A DNA stretch of 64,000 nt, taken from assembly GCA_027080725.1 (NCBI GenBank), contig JALWRC010000095.1, forward strand, positions 7,415 through 71,414, given 5' to 3'. Position numbers and translations under genes: made by a program. Origin of the DNA: Saprospiraceae bacterium (GTDB taxonomy: Bacteria; Bacteroidota; Bacteroidia; Chitinophagales; Saprospiraceae). How positions within the stretch are numbered: the first letter of the stretch is position 1; each line of letters starts with the position of its first letter. The notes under the pieces were generated by a model. The model was not told where the DNA came from. It saw nothing but the letters and a program-made list of their open reading frames with translations, and did not search any database. Shown in pieces: positions 59,988-64,000 of this stretch.

Positions 59988-60145
59988 AGGTATGAAATGG
60001 TGGAGATTGGTGTTGTGGTGGACCATCTTGCTATCTGATATGGATCCTGTTCTTTTCCGGTATGAAATGGTGGAGTTGTCGTTGTACACAAGACATTTCA
60101 TCTTCTGAAGTGCCTTTGGTTTTTTTCGGTATGAAATGGCGGGCG
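59988..60145 (+). repeat. Phased triplet of the GGTATGAAATGG word (cores at 59991, 60061, 60130; 70- and 69-bp spacing)
   Basis: Read directly. It starts 13 bp after the nhaC-like stop, and the bodies between the heads are divergent. Confidence 0.8.
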
Positions 60146-60728
60146 GTAGTAGGTTAAAGCCCAATTCGACGCTACCTGATTTTCTGTATGATGCCGACCG
60201 GTTGGTGAAATGCACCCGGAAATACAGTTGGGGATAAGAATATCCGGCAATGATTTACTTTGTAGAATAAATTCATTGTGCTAAGCAATGGGAAATTTTA
60301 GATTTAGCTCCGTCCTATATGCAGTATAGGCGCACGCGAAATTTATATCAACTAAAATCAGCGTTACAGTTCTACATGAAGAAAGTACATTACTCGATTT
60401 AATATCCTTTTAGGGCTACGAGTTGTCTCTTTTGTTAGTCCTTACCTGAGATGTTGTTGACCAAAAGAGATGTTTCCTGGTTTGGAGAGTTTTTTTTACT
60501 GGCATTAAAGAGGAACGCACTAATTTATTGTGGACTCTGTTTTTTCCATAAGAGAATGCTGCAAAACCGTTAACTTTCTCAGATTTAAATCATTGTAACT
60601 CATGCATTGCGTAATATGAATATGTCTTCATCATAGTACCCATAAACTCTACAGTAAAATTCGAACTATCGATTTTATGCAAAATCAAAAATGATTTGCT
60701 CTTATAGCTTCATAAAATGAAAAGTATG

Positions 60729-60736
60729 TATATTTG
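60729..60736 (+). promoter_or_regulatory. -7 promoter box TAtaTTTG for tRNA-His
   Basis: Matches TAnnTTTG and ends 14 bp before the tRNA 5' end. Confidence 0.6.
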
Positions 60737-60749
60737 CGCTCTCAAAAAT

Positions 60750-60825
60750 GGTGGATGTAGCTCAGTTGGTTAGAGCGCTGGATTGTGGTTCCAGAGGTCG
60801 CCGGTTCAAATCCGGTCTTCCACCC
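60750..60825 (+). tRNA. tRNA-His (anticodon GTG), with encoded G-1
   Basis: Cloverleaf folded by hand. The anticodon stem is CTGGA/TCCAG, the loop is TTGTGGT, the T-loop is TTCAAAT, and an extra 5' G pairs with discriminator C. Confidence 0.9.
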
Positions 60826-60986
60826 TTTTTTGCCTTCTTGAGATACTTTATATGTCTGTATGTCAGATAGTTATCGCTTGTGAGCAGCGCCAAAAATGGC
60901 TAAAAATTTGGCAGAGTTTTGGCAGAGTTTTTTCTCAAGTGGGGTTTTTGTAAGGGGAATGTCCAATCGTTTACCTTCGCAGCCTC

Positions 60987-60994
60987 TAAGTTTG
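60987..60994 (+). promoter_or_regulatory. -7 promoter box TAagTTTG for tRNA-Ser
   Basis: Matches TAnnTTTG and ends 6 bp before the tRNA 5' end. Confidence 0.6.
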
Positions 60995-60999
60995 TATTC

Positions 61000-61087
61000 G
61001 GAGGAGTGGCAGAGCTGGTTGAATGCACCGGTCTTGAAAACCGGCGTACTCGAAAGGGTACCGGGGGTTCGAATCCCTCCTCCTCCG
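61000..61087 (+). tRNA. tRNA-Ser (anticodon TGA), long variable arm
   Basis: The acceptor stem is GGAGGAG/CTCCTCC, the anticodon stem CCGGT/ACCGG, the loop CTTGAAA and the T-loop TTCGAAT. The variable arm is 17 nt. Confidence 0.9.
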
Positions 61088-61093
61088 CTTTGT

Positions 61094-61132
61094 ACAAAAC
61101 CCATTCCGTACACGAATGGGTTTTGTGTTTTA
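61094..61132 (+). terminator. Intrinsic terminator after tRNA-Ser
   Basis: Perfect 13-bp stem ACAAAACCCATTC/GAATGGGTTTTGT followed by a T-rich tail. Confidence 0.75.
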
Positions 61133-61264
61133 TGGGGCACTCGCTAAGGTCGTTACTGCAATATTACTTTTGCGCGGAGCCCCAAAGTTGTCATCGGGAG
61201 ACTTTGGAACGGAGATTTAAAGAAGCTTTATCACCCGGGAGCGATTGGTTTAAACTTGGAAACT

Positions 61265-61284
61265 GTGCAGTTTGTAATGTACAC
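61265..61284 (+). promoter_or_regulatory. Copy of the 18-nt motif (GTGCAGTTTGTAATGTACAC, 2-nt insertion)
   Basis: Ends 37 bp upstream of the topA -7 box. Confidence 0.5.
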
Positions 61285-61321
61285 CTTTATATTCTTTCCT
61301 TGCCATTAGATGTTTTTTATC

Positions 61322-61329
61322 TACTTTTG
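61322..61329 (+). promoter_or_regulatory. -7 promoter box TActTTTG for topA
   Basis: Matches TAnnTTTG and lies 26 bp upstream of ATG 61355. Confidence 0.5.
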
Positions 61330-61354
61330 CCTTTCAATTAACAAAATGAACCAT

Positions 61355-63907
61355 ATGGCAAGTAAATTAATGATTGTCGAGTCCCCTGCAAAAGCTAAGA
61401 CACTCGAAAAGTATTTGGGAGGCGATTTTGAAGTCAAATCCAGCTATGGGCACATCCGTGATTTGGATAAAGGCGACAAGGCGATTGATATCGATCATAA
61501 TTACACCCCAAAGTATATCATCCCCGAAGAGAAAAAAAAGGTCGTCAGCGAATTAAAAAAAGCCGTTAAGCGTGTAAGCGAAGTATGGCTCGCGACGGAT
61601 GAGGACCGCGAGGGAGAAGCCATTTCATGGCATTTGAGTGAAGTGCTAGGATTGGATTTGGACAATACCAAGCGCATCGTATTTCATGAGATTACAAAAC
61701 CCGCAATAAAAAAAGCGGTGGAGAATCCCCGGCATGTCGATATTAACCTCGTCAATGCCCAACAGGCCAGAAGAATCCTGGATCGATTGGTCGGATTCAA
61801 ATTGTCTGAGCTATTATGGCGCAAGGTGAAAAACAAACTCTCCGCAGGAAGGGTCCAGTCGGTTACCCTTCGCCTTATCGTCGAACGCGAGCGGGAGATT
61901 CAAAATTTTTCGCCGGAGAAATATTATAAGGTCACTGCAGTATTCCTCGTGAAGAACGAAGCAGGAAACAGGGTGGAACTAAAAGCCGAATTAAAAGAAC
62001 GCCTCGAAGGAGAAAATGCTGCAGAAGAATTTGTAAAAAAAGCACAACACGCGAGTTTCACTATTAAGAACATTGAGAAAAAACCGGTTCAGAAAAAGCC
62101 TGCTCCACCTTTTACTACCAGTACTTTGCAGCAGGAAGCAAGCCGTAAGTTGGGCTTTCCTGTGAGCAAAACCATGTCGGTCGCCCAAAAACTGTACGAG
62201 CAGGGACTTATCACTTATATGAGGACGGACTCGGTCAGCATGAGCAACCTCGCTTTGGGCGCGATAGCCAATCTGGTGAAGGAGAAGTTTGGGGAGAATT
62301 ATTCACAAGTTCGAAAATATCAAAATAAGAATAAATCGGCACAAGAAGCGCACGAAGCTATACGTCCCGCTTATGTCGATAGGAAATTTGCCGGTTCGAC
62401 CAATGACCAACAGCGGCTTTACGAATTGATATGGAAGCGCGCTATAGCCTCCCAAATGGCCAATGCCCAACTTGAAAAGACCTTAGTGCAGATTGGCATT
62501 TCAACCATCCCGGATAAACCTCTGAAAGCTGAAGGGGAAGTGATTAAGTTTGATGGATTTCTCAAGGTCTATATGGCCTCTACCGATGAGGACCAAGATC
62601 AGGATGTTAGGGGAATGTTGCCTCCTTTACACATCGGGCAAAACCTGGATTTAAAGGTGCTGACCGCACTCGAAAGACAGACCAAGCCACCTGCTCGTTA
62701 TACGGAAGCGAGTTTGGTTAAAAAGTTGGAAGAACTCGGTATCGGACGGCCTTCTACCTATGCCCCAACTATTACCAAGATAATGGAGAAAGGTAGAGGA
62801 TATGTGACGAAGGAAACCAGAGAGGGTACTCCTACCGCTTTCAAACAGTTTACCCTTTCTGATGGTGAGATAAAAGTTAGCGAAAAGGTGGAAAATGTGG
62901 GAAGCGTCAAGAATAGACTTTTTGCCAGTGACGTCGGGATGATCGTGACAGATTTTTTGAAGGAGCATTTTGAAGAGATAATGAATTTTGGTTTTACCGC
63001 CGATATCGAGCGGCAGTTTGATGAGGTCGCTGCAGGCAAAATCAAATGGCAGGAGATGATTGATGCCTTTTATACTCCCTTCAAATCTATCCTTGATAAG
63101 ACGATGGAAGAGGCGCAACGCGCCAAAGGGCGTCGTGTACTTGGTAAAGACCCGGAAAGTGGTCATTCGGTTCTGGTGCAGCTCACCCGTTTTGGGCCCG
63201 TGGTGCAGATCGGTACCCGCGAAGAGGTGGGAGAAGACCAAAAGCCTCGTTTTGCTAATCTGAAGCCGGGACAATCTATGGAGAAGATTACCTACGAAGA
63301 GGCGATGGAACTATTTAAACTACCTCGAAACTTGGAGGACTACCTTGGCAAACCGGTGATGATCGGTGCAGGGCGCTTTGGTCCTTATGTCAAGTGGGAC
63401 GACAAGTTTATCTCTATACCTCGTGGTGAGGACCCATTAGAACTGACTTACGAACGGGCTGTCCAATTGATTGACCAAAAGCGAAAGCAAGATGAGCCCA
63501 TTGCAGAATATGAAGGAAAGCCGATAACGCAGGGGAAAGGCCGCTTTGGCCCTTTCTTGAAATGGAATGGCTTGTTTGTCAATATTCCTCGCAAATACGA
63601 CCCGGATAATCTATCGCACGAGCAGGTTATAGAGCTACTGAAAGCCAAAATCGAGAAAGAAGCCAACCGCTACATTCATCGTTGGGATGACCTCGATCTT
63701 TCCGTTCAAAATGGAAGATGGGGGCCGTTTATCAAATACGGCAAGAAGAATATCAAGATTCCTAAAATTAACGGTGAGCGAATGACCGGTGAACAGGTAA
63801 AGCAACTCACTTTGGAAGAGGTCAAAAAGATGGTCACCAATGAGATTCCGTCCGCCTTTAAAGCCAAAAAAACGAAGGCAAAGAAAACTGCTTCAAAGAA
63901 GAAATAA
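61355..63907 (+). CDS. topA: DNA topoisomerase I
   Basis: ORF 61310..63907 trimmed to MASKLMIVESPAKAKTLEKYLG. It has Toprim, the catalytic region (GLITYMRTDS), C-terminal repeated GRFGP(Y/F) modules and a lysine-rich tail. Confidence 0.95.
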   Translation: MASKLMIVESPAKAKTLEKYLGGDFEVKSSYGHIRDLDKGDKAIDIDHNYTPKYIIPEEKKKVVSELKKAVKRVSEVWLATDEDREGEAISWHLSEVLGLDLDNTKRIVFHEITKPAIKKAVENPRHVDINLVNAQQARRILDRLVGFKLSELLWRKVKNKLSAGRVQSVTLRLIVEREREIQNFSPEKYYKVTAVFLVKNEAGNRVELKAELKERLEGENAAEEFVKKAQHASFTIKNIEKKPVQKKPAPPFTTSTLQQEASRKLGFPVSKTMSVAQKLYEQGLITYMRTDSVSMSNLALGAIANLVKEKFGENYSQVRKYQNKNKSAQEAHEAIRPAYVDRKFAGSTNDQQRLYELIWKRAIASQMANAQLEKTLVQIGISTIPDKPLKAEGEVIKFDGFLKVYMASTDEDQDQDVRGMLPPLHIGQNLDLKVLTALERQTKPPARYTEASLVKKLEELGIGRPSTYAPTITKIMEKGRGYVTKETREGTPTAFKQFTLSDGEIKVSEKVENVGSVKNRLFASDVGMIVTDFLKEHFEEIMNFGFTADIERQFDEVAAGKIKWQEMIDAFYTPFKSILDKTMEEAQRAKGRRVLGKDPESGHSVLVQLTRFGPVVQIGTREEVGEDQKPRFANLKPGQSMEKITYEEAMELFKLPRNLEDYLGKPVMIGAGRFGPYVKWDDKFISIPRGEDPLELTYERAVQLIDQKRKQDEPIAEYEGKPITQGKGRFGPFLKWNGLFVNIPRKYDPDNLSHEQVIELLKAKIEKEANRYIHRWDDLDLSVQNGRWGPFIKYGKKNIKIPKINGERMTGEQVKQLTLEEVKKMVTNEIPSAFKAKKTKAKKTASKKK

Positions 63908-64000
63908 TCATAAGTAGATTAAGGTTTGTTGGATACTAAATACTTACTCAAACGAAACGAAATATTAGCATAATAGCCTGGATGAATGCCGCCCGGCTGC

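Noticed and set aside
60905-60935. A direct duplication, TTGGCAGAGTTTT x2, lies between the two tRNAs.
   Set aside because: It is a very short, single local duplication with no further copies seen in the window. It is probably replication slippage.
60871-61341. ORFs of 65-140 aa overlap tRNA-Ser and its terminator.
   Set aside because: They run through a well-folded tRNA gene and a 13-bp terminator stem, so they are artefacts of six-frame translation.

Overview
This is a 64-kb chromosomal segment that looks like a Bacteroidota genome. Evidence: three type-A and one type-B T9SS C-terminal sorting domains, TAnnTTTG -7 promoter boxes directly upstream of both tRNAs and many genes, and no Shine-Dalgarno signals. 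A Saprospiria-like lineage is only a guess. I call about 42 protein genes and 2 tRNAs (His-GTG, Ser-TGA).

Gene content:
- Housekeeping: rimP-nusA-infB, dksA/traR-lspA, hsp20, SUI1/yciH, prmC, radC, topA.
- Metabolism: PPK2, an S4/Hsp15-like protein, fused isobutyryl-CoA mutase IcmF, an iodotyrosine-deiodinase-like nitroreductase, and TRAP DctQM without a DctP.
- L-rhamnose locus: rhaEW-like aldolase/dehydrogenase, rhaI and an FGGY kinase fused to lutABC. Facing it is an operon of PhyH dioxygenase, creatininase-family protein, aldo-keto reductase and rhaT.
- Cell surface cluster (30.1-44.5 kb): two paralogous HYR-like/dockerin-like/cohesin-like T9SS cargo proteins, a T9SS metalloprotease and a thrombospondin-repeat OmpA protein. 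A separate 1862-aa type-B T9SS protein lies at 5.1-10.7 kb.

I see no cas genes, restriction systems, phage or transposase genes. The only classical accessory module is a low-GC HigB/Gp49-like toxin with an XRE antitoxin, inserted inside the rhamnose locus.

The most unusual signals are in non-coding DNA:
1. The word GGTATGAAATGG is roughly 100-fold over-represented, both inside and outside genes. It includes two phased triplets with 63-bp and 70-bp spacing.
2. An 18-nt near-palindromic motif, GTGCAsTTTGyAATACAC, sits 29-42 bp upstream of the -7 boxes of five unrelated operons. It also forms two inverted pairs that bracket ORF-free, repeat-dense islands.
3. A 1.4-kb ORF-free island (23.9-25.3 kb) holds tandem repeats and nested inverted repeats, with a shorter relative at 52.2-52.5 kb.
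4. A REP-like hairpin family lies at 57.17-57.55 kb.
5. A 177-bp dispersed repeat is present in two copies.
6. Matching LacI-type palindromic operators sit on both rhamnose-locus promoters.

All functional calls rest on reading the translated ORFs and the DNA by eye. No database search was possible.
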